A stretch of DNA of 61,918 bases from Acidimicrobiaceae bacterium. Lineage in GTDB: Bacteria; Actinomycetota; Acidimicrobiia; Acidimicrobiales; Aldehydirespiratoraceae. The stretch is from the NCBI GenBank assembly GCA_026710865.1, contig JAPOQG010000146.1, forward strand, positions 1-61,918, written 5' to 3'. Position numbers and translations under genes: made by a program. The notes beneath the pieces are model-generated. The model did not search any database. It saw only the letters and a list, made by a program, of their open reading frames with translations, and had not been told where the DNA came from. Numbering within the stretch: the first letter of the stretch is position 1; the number at the start of each line of letters is the position of its first letter. This document shows positions 47,853-56,454 of the stretch, one piece after another.

Positions 47853-49003
47853 TCGCGTCCGCCCAGCTCGCTGCAGCCGCACCCAGCTCTGCCGATCCTC
47901 GTCGAGAACTCGACCTTCGAGCCGTTGCCCGCCACCTGGTCGCCCACCCGCTGGTGCTGGCCGAGACCGACCCCGACACGTTCCGCCTCGTCCGACGACA
48001 CGAGCACACGCTGGACCGCTGGTTCACGCAGAGGTTCGGGTACCGCCTCCAAGTGGGCGCGGACACGGCCCGCCTGTTCAAGAACACTGTCGTGGCGCGC
48101 CGCCGGCCGCTGCGCACGGCCGCCGATCCGGGGCGTCCGTTCTCGACCCGCGAGTACACGATGCTCGCCCTCGCGCTCGCGGCCGTGGCCGCGGGACCGA
48201 ACGTGATCAGCCTGCGCGACCTCCTGCACGAGATCCGCTCGGCCGCCACCGACGCGGGCGTGACCGTGACGGAGGCTCCCGCTGACCGCCGGGCGTTGGT
48301 CACGGCGCTCAAGTGGATGATGCGCCATGGCGCAGCCAGCGAGGCCCACGACCGGGTCGAGCGCTACGCGACCGACAGCGAGGCTGACGCCATGCTGCGG
48401 ATCAGGCCCGACCGTGTCGCGCTGCTGCCGCTTCCCAACCTGGCCCGCTCTGAGACGGTCGCGGATCTGCTGGACCGTTCCGACCAGCGTCTGCCGTCAC
48501 CGAGGCGCTGGATGCGCTCAGCCCTGCTGGAGGAGCCGGTGCTGTACCGCGACGATCTCACAGGCGACGAGTGGGGCGAGTTGAGACGCCGGCTCGGCGA
48601 GGAGTCCAGGATGCTCGACGAGATGTTCGGGCTGCGGCTCGAAGCCCGGGCCGAGGGCGTGGCTGCCATCGACCCCGAGGACAGCATGACGGACAGCCGG
48701 TTTCCTCGCACCGGCACCGTGGGCCACGCTGCCCTGCTGTTGATCGACCGGCTCACACAGGCCGGACCCGACCCGCTCGCGTTGACCGAGGTCGTCGACG
48801 CAGTGGCCGCGTTGGCCGAGGAGTACGGCCGCTACTGGTCGCGACTCGCCGACGACCCGGACGGACTCACGGCTGCAGCGCTCGAACTCCTTGAAGACCA
48901 CCGGCTTGCAGAGGTCTCCGACGGGACTGTCCGGATCCTCCCCGCGGCCTGGCGCTATCGCGCTGAAGTCAATGAGAGTTGCGAGCAAGTGTCGCTACTG
49001 TGA
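47849..49003 (+). CDS. jetB: Wadjet JetB-like subunit (TIGR02678/DUF2398-type)
   Basis: ATG 47849 overlaps the jetA stop (ATGA). LVLAETDPDTFRLVRRHEHTLDRWFTQRFGYRLQVGADTARLFK matches the DUF2398 pattern. Confidence 0.8.
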   Translation: MIASAQLAAAAPSSADPRRELDLRAVARHLVAHPLVLAETDPDTFRLVRRHEHTLDRWFTQRFGYRLQVGADTARLFKNTVVARRRPLRTAADPGRPFSTREYTMLALALAAVAAGPNVISLRDLLHEIRSAATDAGVTVTEAPADRRALVTALKWMMRHGAASEAHDRVERYATDSEADAMLRIRPDRVALLPLPNLARSETVADLLDRSDQRLPSPRRWMRSALLEEPVLYRDDLTGDEWGELRRRLGEESRMLDEMFGLRLEARAEGVAAIDPEDSMTDSRFPRTGTVGHAALLLIDRLTQAGPDPLALTEVVDAVAALAEEYGRYWSRLADDPDGLTAAALELLEDHRLAEVSDGTVRILPAAWRYRAEVNESCEQVSLL

Positions 49004-49088
49004 GCAAGTGCGGCTCATCGGACCGGCACGCCCGTCCGGAAGCGTGAGCGGACGGCGCGACCACACCCGTGGGCAGCAGGCGGGACGC

Positions 49089-50333
49089 ATGCCCGACTCT
49101 AGGCCGAGACCCGTCCCAGAATCGCTGTCACTGCGGAGCCTGCAGCCTCTTTGGGCTGCGGTGCGCCAACACCTCGACCGGTACGGGACCGACCGTCGAG
49201 GGACGATGGCGCGGCCGGACCTTCACTCCGACGGCGCCCTAGCACTCGAGTCGCTGCTGGGCAGACGGCTGTCCAAGCGGCTGGATCTCACGGCGGTCGA
49301 GGCCTCGCTATCAGCCCTGGGAGTCGGCGAGGACCTCGACGAGGCTCTGACCCTCCTCGGCCAGCCTCCATCGAAGGAGGCCGCCAGGCGGCGCGCTGAC
49401 CGGACCCGGTCGGCTGCTGCACGCGCAGCACTTCGAGACTGCGTGGTGTCGTGGCCGGAGCCATGGGCAAGCGAATGGTCCGACGGCCTCATCAGCGCCG
49501 GCGGTCTCGGCGGACTCGACGGCGAGGAGGTCGCGCACCTGGTGTCGGGTGTCCGGCGCCTGCTCGATCAACTCGACCTGATCGAGCTCCCCGGCACCAG
49601 CCGCACAGAGTTGGCGGCCGGTCTGTTCGGGTCTTCCCACGCCCTCGACCCAGACACAAGGCTGGCGTCGTTCGCCGAGCGCGCCCTGAGCCACCGGGTG
49701 GAGCAGCCCCTCGAGGGGCGGGAACTGTGGGAGGCAGCCGGAGTGCTCTTCGACCGCGTCTCGCTGCCGGTGCTGGCTTGGTCGATCCCGGCCCGTGGCG
49801 ATTCACCGCTCGACGTTCTGATCCGAGCGGCTGCGTCCGGTTCGCTTCCCTTGCACATCAGCCTCCTGGCGATGCAGCGACATCCGGTGGTGGTGCCCAG
49901 CGGAACGCGGGTCCTGGTCGTGGAGAATCCCCGCCTGGTGGAGGCCGCCGCCGAGCGGCGTCTCCCGGACTGCGTCGTGGCCACCAATGGCAACCCGACG
50001 ACCGCGGTCACCACCTTGATGCGCCAGATGCAGCGGTCGGGTGCCCTCATCTGGTACCACGGCGACTTCGACGCGGCCGGGGTCTCCATCTGCCGCCGGA
50101 TGCACGAGGCTGGATGCACACCGTGGATGATGGACGCCGGCCACTACGAGAGCGCAGTCCAACTCGCCGTGCGGAGCGGCGTGACACTGCCGCGCAGCAC
50201 CAAGGGATGCGGCCCCACACCATGGGATCCCGGGCTCGAGTCAGCGTTCGACGACCACCGGCTGATCGTCCATGAGGAGTTCATGCTCGACGATGTGCTG
50301 GAGGCATTCTCCCAGATGTCGCCGTCCCGCTAG
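49089..50333 (+). CDS. jetD: Wadjet JetD-like Toprim-domain nuclease subunit (TIGR02679/DUF2399-type)
   Basis: C-terminal VVENPRLVEAAAE...VATNGNPTTAV...IWYHGDFDAAGVSI is a Toprim-like block. Start is ATG 49089, or GTG 49008 five nt after the jetB stop. Confidence 0.8.
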   Translation: MPDSRPRPVPESLSLRSLQPLWAAVRQHLDRYGTDRRGTMARPDLHSDGALALESLLGRRLSKRLDLTAVEASLSALGVGEDLDEALTLLGQPPSKEAARRRADRTRSAAARAALRDCVVSWPEPWASEWSDGLISAGGLGGLDGEEVAHLVSGVRRLLDQLDLIELPGTSRTELAAGLFGSSHALDPDTRLASFAERALSHRVEQPLEGRELWEAAGVLFDRVSLPVLAWSIPARGDSPLDVLIRAAASGSLPLHISLLAMQRHPVVVPSGTRVLVVENPRLVEAAAERRLPDCVVATNGNPTTAVTTLMRQMQRSGALIWYHGDFDAAGVSICRRMHEAGCTPWMMDAGHYESAVQLAVRSGVTLPRSTKGCGPTPWDPGLESAFDDHRLIVHEEFMLDDVLEAFSQMSPSR

Positions 50334-50382
50334 CAGAGACGCCCGGCCGGGTCGAGCCAGCATCCGGGGGTACTCTGGTGCC

Positions 50383-50859
50383 GTGCCGGACAACGGGTAC
50401 ACCGACGCGGAACTCGCCGCGATGATGGTCGACCTGGAATCGGACCTCGTCGAACGCAAGCGGTCATTGTCCACTTCGGCCTCCGAGAAGATCAGTCGGA
50501 GCATCTGCGCTCTTGCCAACGACCTACCGGGCCACGGAAGGCCGGGCGTGATGCACCGCAGCTATGAGGGAACGAACGCGCCGACGCGCCTGTACTGGTT
50601 CGCCGACCGGGTCTGGATCGAGAGCCCAGGCGGCCTGTACGGCAGAGTCACGCGAGAGACTCTGCTCAAGGGTGCGACCGACTACCGCAACGGACTGATC
50701 GCGGAGGTCATGCGCAACCTGGGTTTCGCCCAGCACTTCGGCTTGGGGATACCACTGGCCCGTGAAGCGCTGGCAGCCAACAGCAACCCAGAGCCCGAAT
50801 TCGATGTGCAGCACACATGGGTGCGGGCGACAATCAGGCCGTCGAGGTCGGCGCGATGA
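50383..50859 (+). pseudogene. Internally deleted AlbA_2 (Schlafen-like) / HATPase_c_4 putative DNA-binding protein, either a remnant or a mini-protein
   Basis: About 158 aa. The N-terminal ~45 aa look like the start of an AlbA_2 domain (LESDLVERKRSL...ISRSICALAND). They join directly to a HATPase_c_4-like C-terminus (RVWIESPGGLYGRVTRETLLKGATDYRNGLIAEVMRNLGFAQHFGLGI). Full-length relatives as I recall them are about three times longer. Confidence 0.5.
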
Positions 50860-51863
50860 CCACGGTCGCCTTCTTCAACAACAAGGGGGGCGTTGGCAAG
50901 ACATCGCTCGTCTATCACCTGGCCTGGATGTACGCCGATCTCGGAGTGTGTGCGGTAGCGGCGGACCTGGACCCGCAGGCCAACCTCACCGGAATGTTCC
51001 TCGATGACTATGACGCCGATGATCTGTGGTCACCCGATCCACCCCGTGCAACGATCCACGGCGCGCTGCTGCCGTTGCTGCGGGGCACGGGTGACATCGA
51101 CCCGCCGAAGACGATGAGTCCATGGCCTCCTCTCGGGCTTGTGGCCGGCGATCTCGCCCTATCGGAGGCCGAGGACGAGTTCTCGAGCCAGTGGGCGCAG
51201 TGCCTCGACGGCAGCGAGCGCGCCTTCCGGGTGATCACCGCCCTCAGCCGGGCGCTGGGCCGGGCGCGGGAGGAAGCCGAGGCCGATCTCGTGCTCATCG
51301 ATGTCGGGCCCAACCTCGGTGCCATCAACCGGGCCGCTCTGATCGCGGCCGACTTCGTGGTGGTGCCCCTCGCCCCCGACCTGTTCTCGCTTCAGGGACT
51401 CCGCAATCTCGGTCCGACGCTTCGCAGATGGCGCGGGCAGTGGGCATCGCGCCTGACACGAGCGGCGGAGCTCCCCGGCCTCGAGGGCCTGGACATGCCC
51501 AGCGGTGCAATGAAGCCGATCGGCTATGTGGTGCTCCAGCACGCGGTGAGGCTGGACCGACCGGTGAGGGCCTACGCGCGTTGGATGGACGAGATCCCGG
51601 GGGAATACCGCGAGTCGGTTCTAGACGAGGCCGCCGGCGCATCGGTCGACGTATCCGAGGACGAGAATTGCCTGGCCACGCTGAAGCACTACCGGAGCCT
51701 CATGCCCTACGCACAGGAGGCCCGGAAGCCCATGTTCAAGCTGACATCCGCCGACGGCGCCATCGGCGGGCACATCAACGCGGTGCAAGACTGCTACTGG
51801 GACTTCCGCCGCCTTGCGTGCGCAGTTGCGGAGCGCTGCGGAGTGACCTGCCCGCAACTCTGA
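50856..51863 (+). CDS. Orphan ParA/MinD-like P-loop ATPase
   Basis: ATG 50856 overlaps the upstream stop (ATGA). Deviant Walker A FFNNKGGVGKTS, DLDPQANLT, and Walker B-like LVLIDVGPNLGAINRAALIAADFVVVPL. 335 aa with a long C-terminal region of unknown type. Confidence 0.8.
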   Translation: MTTVAFFNNKGGVGKTSLVYHLAWMYADLGVCAVAADLDPQANLTGMFLDDYDADDLWSPDPPRATIHGALLPLLRGTGDIDPPKTMSPWPPLGLVAGDLALSEAEDEFSSQWAQCLDGSERAFRVITALSRALGRAREEAEADLVLIDVGPNLGAINRAALIAADFVVVPLAPDLFSLQGLRNLGPTLRRWRGQWASRLTRAAELPGLEGLDMPSGAMKPIGYVVLQHAVRLDRPVRAYARWMDEIPGEYRESVLDEAAGASVDVSEDENCLATLKHYRSLMPYAQEARKPMFKLTSADGAIGGHINAVQDCYWDFRRLACAVAERCGVTCPQL

Positions 51864-51978
51864 CCGGCCACGTAAGCAGCATGAACCCGACCCGACGCAG
51901 CACGTCGCGCAAACGTCTGTGTACCGCCCACTAGCTTCGGGGGTCGATGACAGCCGCGAGAGCCCGGGGCCGACTGCC

Positions 51979-53190
51979 GTGAGTGCCGGCGCGCCCTATC
52001 TGGAACCCGGCCGGATCGGGTCGCTGACGCTTCCCAACCGCTTGGTCAGGGCGTCCACCTCCGAGACGATGGCCGCGCCCGACGGTGCCGGAACCCCGGA
52101 GTTGGCCGACCTATACGGCACGCTGGCCGCCGGCGGGGCGGGGCTGATCCTCACCGGGCACATCTACGTGGAACCCCGCGGCCAGGCCAGCGCCAACCAG
52201 CCCGGCCTGCACGACGACCGGCTCGTCGAGTCGATGGTCCAGATCACCGACGCAGTGCACGCCAGCGGCGGCCGGATCTTCGCCGAGATCGGGCACGCCG
52301 GCAGCCAGACGATGATGCCCGACGTCGGACCGATCGCTCCGTCCCCGACAGCCAACGAGATGTACGGGCTGCAGCCCCGCGAGGCGACTCCCGACGACAT
52401 CGAGGCGGTGATCGCCGCGTTCGGGCACGCGGCCCGCCGGGCCTCAGAGGCCGGGTTCGACGGCGTCCACATCCATGGCGGCAACGGCTACCTGATCTCG
52501 GAGTTCTCCTCCCCGATCACCAACGTGCGCACCGACGGATGGGGCGGCGACGCCGAACGCCGCAGCCGGTTCGTGCTGGCGGTGTACGACGCGGTGCGGG
52601 ACGCGGTGGGCGACGACTTCTGCGTGACGGCCCGCATCGGGATCGGCGACTCCATACCCGGAGGCCTCGACGTCTCCGAGAGCGTGGAGCGGGTGCGTGT
52701 CCTTGCCGAGCGGGGTTTGGACGCGGTGGAAGTGTCCTACGGGATCATGAGGAGCTACCTCGAGAACATCCGCACCTACGTCGCGGTGGGTGCGGCCCAG
52801 GCGGCCCGCAACGGGCTCGTGCAGCGACTCGTCAAGCCGCAGGGGCCCGAGGCCTACTACCGCCACTTCGCCCGGGCCGTGAAGGATGCGGCGGACATCC
52901 CGGTCATCCTCGTAGGGGGGATCCGGACGACCGCGACGATGGCGGACGTCATCGGCTCGGGGGACGCGGACTTCCTCGCTATGTCCCGGCCGTTCATCCG
53001 CGAGCCCGACCTGGCCAACAAGCTGGCTGCGGGCCGCACCGGCACCGTCGAGTGCGTGTCCTGCAACATGTGCCTCGTCCACGACGGGTTCGATCCGCTG
53101 CGCTGCTGGCGCACCAGCCCCGCCGCGGTGGCCGCCCACGTCTACACCCACCATGTCCGCGGCCGGCTCCCCAAGAGGCCGAGCGGCTAG
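51979..53190 (+). CDS. NADH:flavin oxidoreductase (Old Yellow Enzyme family)
   Basis: PGRIGSLTLPNRLVRAST, GAGLILTGHIYV, FDGVHIHGGNGYLISEFSSP and ILVGGIR blocks. GTG 51979 is preferred over GTG 51919; start is uncertain. Confidence 0.85.
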   Translation: MSAGAPYLEPGRIGSLTLPNRLVRASTSETMAAPDGAGTPELADLYGTLAAGGAGLILTGHIYVEPRGQASANQPGLHDDRLVESMVQITDAVHASGGRIFAEIGHAGSQTMMPDVGPIAPSPTANEMYGLQPREATPDDIEAVIAAFGHAARRASEAGFDGVHIHGGNGYLISEFSSPITNVRTDGWGGDAERRSRFVLAVYDAVRDAVGDDFCVTARIGIGDSIPGGLDVSESVERVRVLAERGLDAVEVSYGIMRSYLENIRTYVAVGAAQAARNGLVQRLVKPQGPEAYYRHFARAVKDAADIPVILVGGIRTTATMADVIGSGDADFLAMSRPFIREPDLANKLAAGRTGTVECVSCNMCLVHDGFDPLRCWRTSPAAVAAHVYTHHVRGRLPKRPSG

Positions 53191-53239
53191 GCCGTGTCCG
53201 GTCGCCTGGCGGCCGGCGGTTCGCGTGGCAGCGCCTGCG

Positions 53240-53295
53240 CAGAATCTCGGGAGAGTTGTGTGCGCTGTGTACACAATTCTCGCACCGAGATTCTG
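53240..53295. terminator. Long imperfect hairpin between convergent genes (terminator-like or structured RNA)
   Basis: CAGAATCTCGG+GAGAGTTGTGT, 9-nt loop, ACACAATTCTC, 3-nt bulge, CCGAGATTCTG. That gives 22 paired positions including one G-U. It is noticeably more AT-rich than its surroundings. Confidence 0.45.
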
Positions 53296-53325
53296 GCGAC
53301 TGCCGTCGATCCGACCGAGGCGGGC

Positions 53326-54534
53326 CTATTCGCACACGACGATGGTCTCGTCGTACTCCTCGTCGTAGATCTCCTCACACCCCTCGTAGGAGGGCTCGAA
53401 CTCCTCGGAGGGCTCGAACTCCTCGGAGGTCGCGTAGTCGCCGTCGCCGACGAGCAGATCGGCGTCGACGATCGCTTCCGGCGGCGGCGCCTCCACGCTG
53501 ATGTCGGCGCCGTAGTCGTAGAACTCCAGGGTCACCAGGCTCGAGGGAATCTCAGCGCCGGCGTCCTCGCCGGCGAGACCGGCGAACATCGAGGCCAGGT
53601 CGAAGGCCAGACGCCTGATCAGGGTCTCGTCGTCGATCCACACCTCCACCTCGAAACCGGCGTCCAAGAATCCGAAGATCTGCTCGATCCCCTCTGCGAA
53701 CGGGTCCGAGGCGGTGTCGTCGAAGGCCCCGCCCCCGGAGGTCTCGCCGTCATCGGTCCCGATGCCCAAGGACTCTCCGGCCAGATCCATGAGAGACACC
53801 AGGAAGCGCACGCGCGTCGCCTCGGTGCCCCGCACGTCCTCGCGGCCGACGATCTCCGCCTCGCGAGCAGCCTCGATGATGGTGCGACTCTCACCCAGCG
53901 GGTCGCAGTCCTCGAAGACCTCGTCCATCGCCTGGGGGAAGATGCACATCACTCCAGCCGATCCGAGGGCCTGCTCCATCGGATCACGGTCCGAGGCCGG
54001 CTCGAACACGTACCATGCCTCGTCGAGGCCGAGCTCCGCCAGGGTCTCGGCCGTGGCCAGGGGCCGCAAGTAGGCCACCCCGCCCACGTACCGCATCTCG
54101 GCTTCAGCGCCGCCGGGGAAGTCCGGATCCATGCCGGGCGGCAGTTCGACGGTGGCCGCGAGGTCGCCGTCGGCGTCGGACTCGAAGCTCGTGGACAGCC
54201 CGAGCCCCGGTGCGAACTCCATGGCCGCCTCGCCGCGCACGGAGCGGCCGTCGAGCTGCGTGGTGGCCGACGCCAGGAGAGCCTCGGCGTCCGCGGGCGC
54301 TGCGTCGTCCGTCCCCTCCGGTTCCGATCCTGAGGCATCCTCCTCGACGGGCTCAGCGACGTCCGGATCGGCGGGATCGCCTGCCTCCGACGGCTCCGCC
54401 GCAGGGGCCTGAGTGGTGCTGGGCGCCTCCGCCTCGACCGGCGGATCGCCGACGGCGGCATCGTCGGATCCGCAGGCCGCGGCCAGCAGCGCCACCGTCA
54501 GCACCAGCGATCCGATCATTCGAACTCGCAACAT
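53326..54534 (-). CDS. Hypothetical secreted lipoprotein with acidic C-terminal repeat
   Basis: ATG 54534 gives MLRVRMIGSLVLTVALLAAACGSDD (lipobox). 402 aa, very acidic. C-terminal SEEFEPSEEFEPS duplication. Confidence 0.6.
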   Translation of the reverse strand: MLRVRMIGSLVLTVALLAAACGSDDAAVGDPPVEAEAPSTTQAPAAEPSEAGDPADPDVAEPVEEDASGSEPEGTDDAAPADAEALLASATTQLDGRSVRGEAAMEFAPGLGLSTSFESDADGDLAATVELPPGMDPDFPGGAEAEMRYVGGVAYLRPLATAETLAELGLDEAWYVFEPASDRDPMEQALGSAGVMCIFPQAMDEVFEDCDPLGESRTIIEAAREAEIVGREDVRGTEATRVRFLVSLMDLAGESLGIGTDDGETSGGGAFDDTASDPFAEGIEQIFGFLDAGFEVEVWIDDETLIRRLAFDLASMFAGLAGEDAGAEIPSSLVTLEFYDYGADISVEAPPPEAIVDADLLVGDGDYATSEEFEPSEEFEPSYEGCEEIYDEEYDETIVVCE

Positions 54535-54764
54535 CGTCGCCTCCGCGGTGAGGCGCCGGGCCACGAACTGTCCGCGCCGGGCTGCACTCATTGTCTCTGA
54601 CACTACAGGCGCACGATTGCCACCAGGGGTTCCAAGATTTCGCCCAGTGTTAACCGAACGTCCGCCGGTGGAGACGACGGTCCAGCCCGCCATTGAGCAA
54701 GATTCTCACTGAGCAGTCCGGAGGATCAGATCCGGCCACCGACCAGCCGATCGAAGAGGCCCTC

Positions 54765-55439
54765 ATGACCACCGAAGACAGAGCCCAGTCCGAGTCCCTG
54801 CAGCCGAGCGTCACGCTCACCACGGAGCAGCTCCTGCTGATCCGGCAGGCGTCGGTGCGGCTCCAGAAGAAGTTCGAGGGCACCTTCAACGCAGAGACCA
54901 TCGAGCGCTACATCACCGACTCGCAGACCCGGATCGAGTCGCGGGCCCGGTTCGCCAACTGGCTGCCCATCCTCATCGAGCGCTTCACCCACGATCGGCT
55001 GCTGGCTCTGGCCCGCCTCGAGGTCGGGGCCCTGGACCGGCCCGGGGTGCTGTTCCTGTGCGTGCACAACGCGGGCCGCTCCCAGATGGCGGCCGGCTAC
55101 TTGCGCCACATGGCCACCGGTCGCGTCGACATCTTCACCGGCGGTTCCGACCCCGGCCACGACATCAACCAGATGGTGGTGGCGGCGATGGCCGAGGAGG
55201 GCATCGACATCTCCGCCGAGTACCCCAAGCCGTGGACCGACGAGATCGCCCGGGCCGCCGATGTGATCGTCACGATGGGCTGCGGCGACGCCTGCCCCAT
55301 CTACCCGGGCAAGCGCTACGAGGACTGGGTGCTGGAGGATCCCTCCGGCCAGCCGATGGAGGTTGTCCGGGTCATCCGGGACGAGATCAAGGGCAGGGTC
55401 GAGGCACTGCTGGCCACCCTGGAGCTCGCACCGGCGTAA
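54765..55439 (+). CDS. Low-molecular-weight phosphotyrosine phosphatase / ArsC-like (thioredoxin-coupled type) protein with N-terminal helical domain
   Basis: VLFLCVHNAGRSQMAAG (CX5R P-loop with GRSQ), then GSDPG and VVTMGCGDACP blocks. An N-terminal ~90-aa helical extension precedes these. Start is ATG 54765 or TTG 54693. Confidence 0.75.
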   Translation: MTTEDRAQSESLQPSVTLTTEQLLLIRQASVRLQKKFEGTFNAETIERYITDSQTRIESRARFANWLPILIERFTHDRLLALARLEVGALDRPGVLFLCVHNAGRSQMAAGYLRHMATGRVDIFTGGSDPGHDINQMVVAAMAEEGIDISAEYPKPWTDEIARAADVIVTMGCGDACPIYPGKRYEDWVLEDPSGQPMEVVRVIRDEIKGRVEALLATLELAPA

Positions 55440-55660
55440 CGCACACCCGGCCACTGTCAGCCGAGCGTCTCGGGAAGTTCCCTGGAGTCTGTGGCCGCGT
55501 TCGTGGCCGGAGTCTCGGCGGTCCTCTCCGGATGGGTGGACGATCTGGGGGCCGAGGCCCGCAACAATTTGACGCTCGATGTCCGACCGCTGCAGGGCGC
55601 TGGCATCTCCGGCGTGCCAGTCCATAGAATGCCTCATAACGGCTAGGTCTCGGAGGATCC

Positions 55661-56452
55661 TTGGCCAACACCCTGGTTGCGCACACCAATTCGTTCCACA
55701 CTCATCCCTTCGAGGCAGCCCTGTCTGGAATAGCCGAAGCGGGGTTCCAGCATGTGGAGCTGTCCGCTGTGCGGGGCTGGACCGAGCATGTGGACGTCGA
55801 CGACGACCCCGCCCCGACAGTGGCGCTGCTGGAGCAGGCGGGACTGCAGGCCGTCGCCCTGAGCGGCCACTCGGATCTGACTACCGACGCCGGCGTCTCG
55901 CTCGCAGTCCGCGCCATCCAGTGGGCTGCTGCTGCGGGGCTCGACAGGATCACAACGGCCATCGGCGGGCACGCCGGCCAGCATGAGAACTTGAGCGACT
56001 TCCTGTCACGGGTCGCGGTGGTCGCGGAGTCAGCCGCCCGATCGGAGGTGGTTGTGGCGCTGGAGGTCCACGGTGACATCATGGCGACCGGCCTGAAGAG
56101 CCGCGAGCTCATCGAGCGCATCGGGTCGGACTGGGTCCGCATCAAGTACGACACCGCCAACGTCGAGTTCTACGGCGGGGTCAAGGCAGTGGATGACATA
56201 CACCACGTGCTGCCCTATCTCGTCAATGTGGACGCCAAGGACAAGAGGGGCGGTGTCGGGGTCTGGGACTTCCCGCCGCCCGGCGAAGGGTCCATCGACT
56301 GGCCACGGCTGATCGGGATCCTGCGGGCCGGGGGATACGCGGGGCCGGTCACCGTCGAGATCGAGTTCCGGGGTGAGCCCTGGCCTTCGCCTCCCGAGGT
56401 CACCGAGGCGCTGCGCACTGCCCGCCGCACCCTCGAGCCGCTGCTGGCCTAG
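55661..56452 (+). CDS. Sugar phosphate isomerase/epimerase (xylose isomerase-like TIM barrel) family protein
   Basis: 263 aa. TTG start 4 nt after GGAGGA. Typical AP-endonuclease-2/TIM barrel family layout (GFQHVELS, VALEVHG, KYDTANV). Confidence 0.75.
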   Translation: MANTLVAHTNSFHTHPFEAALSGIAEAGFQHVELSAVRGWTEHVDVDDDPAPTVALLEQAGLQAVALSGHSDLTTDAGVSLAVRAIQWAAAAGLDRITTAIGGHAGQHENLSDFLSRVAVVAESAARSEVVVALEVHGDIMATGLKSRELIERIGSDWVRIKYDTANVEFYGGVKAVDDIHHVLPYLVNVDAKDKRGGVGVWDFPPPGEGSIDWPRLIGILRAGGYAGPVTVEIEFRGEPWPSPPEVTEALRTARRTLEPLLA

Positions 56453-56454
56453 CG

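Noticed and set aside
41447-51978. Mobile-element hallmarks (integrase, transposase, IS inverted repeats, target-site duplications) around the Wadjet island and around tRNA-Lys
   Set aside because: No ORF with recombinase or transposase motifs was found, and no flanking direct repeats were visible by eye. The island therefore cannot be called an integrative element from this window.
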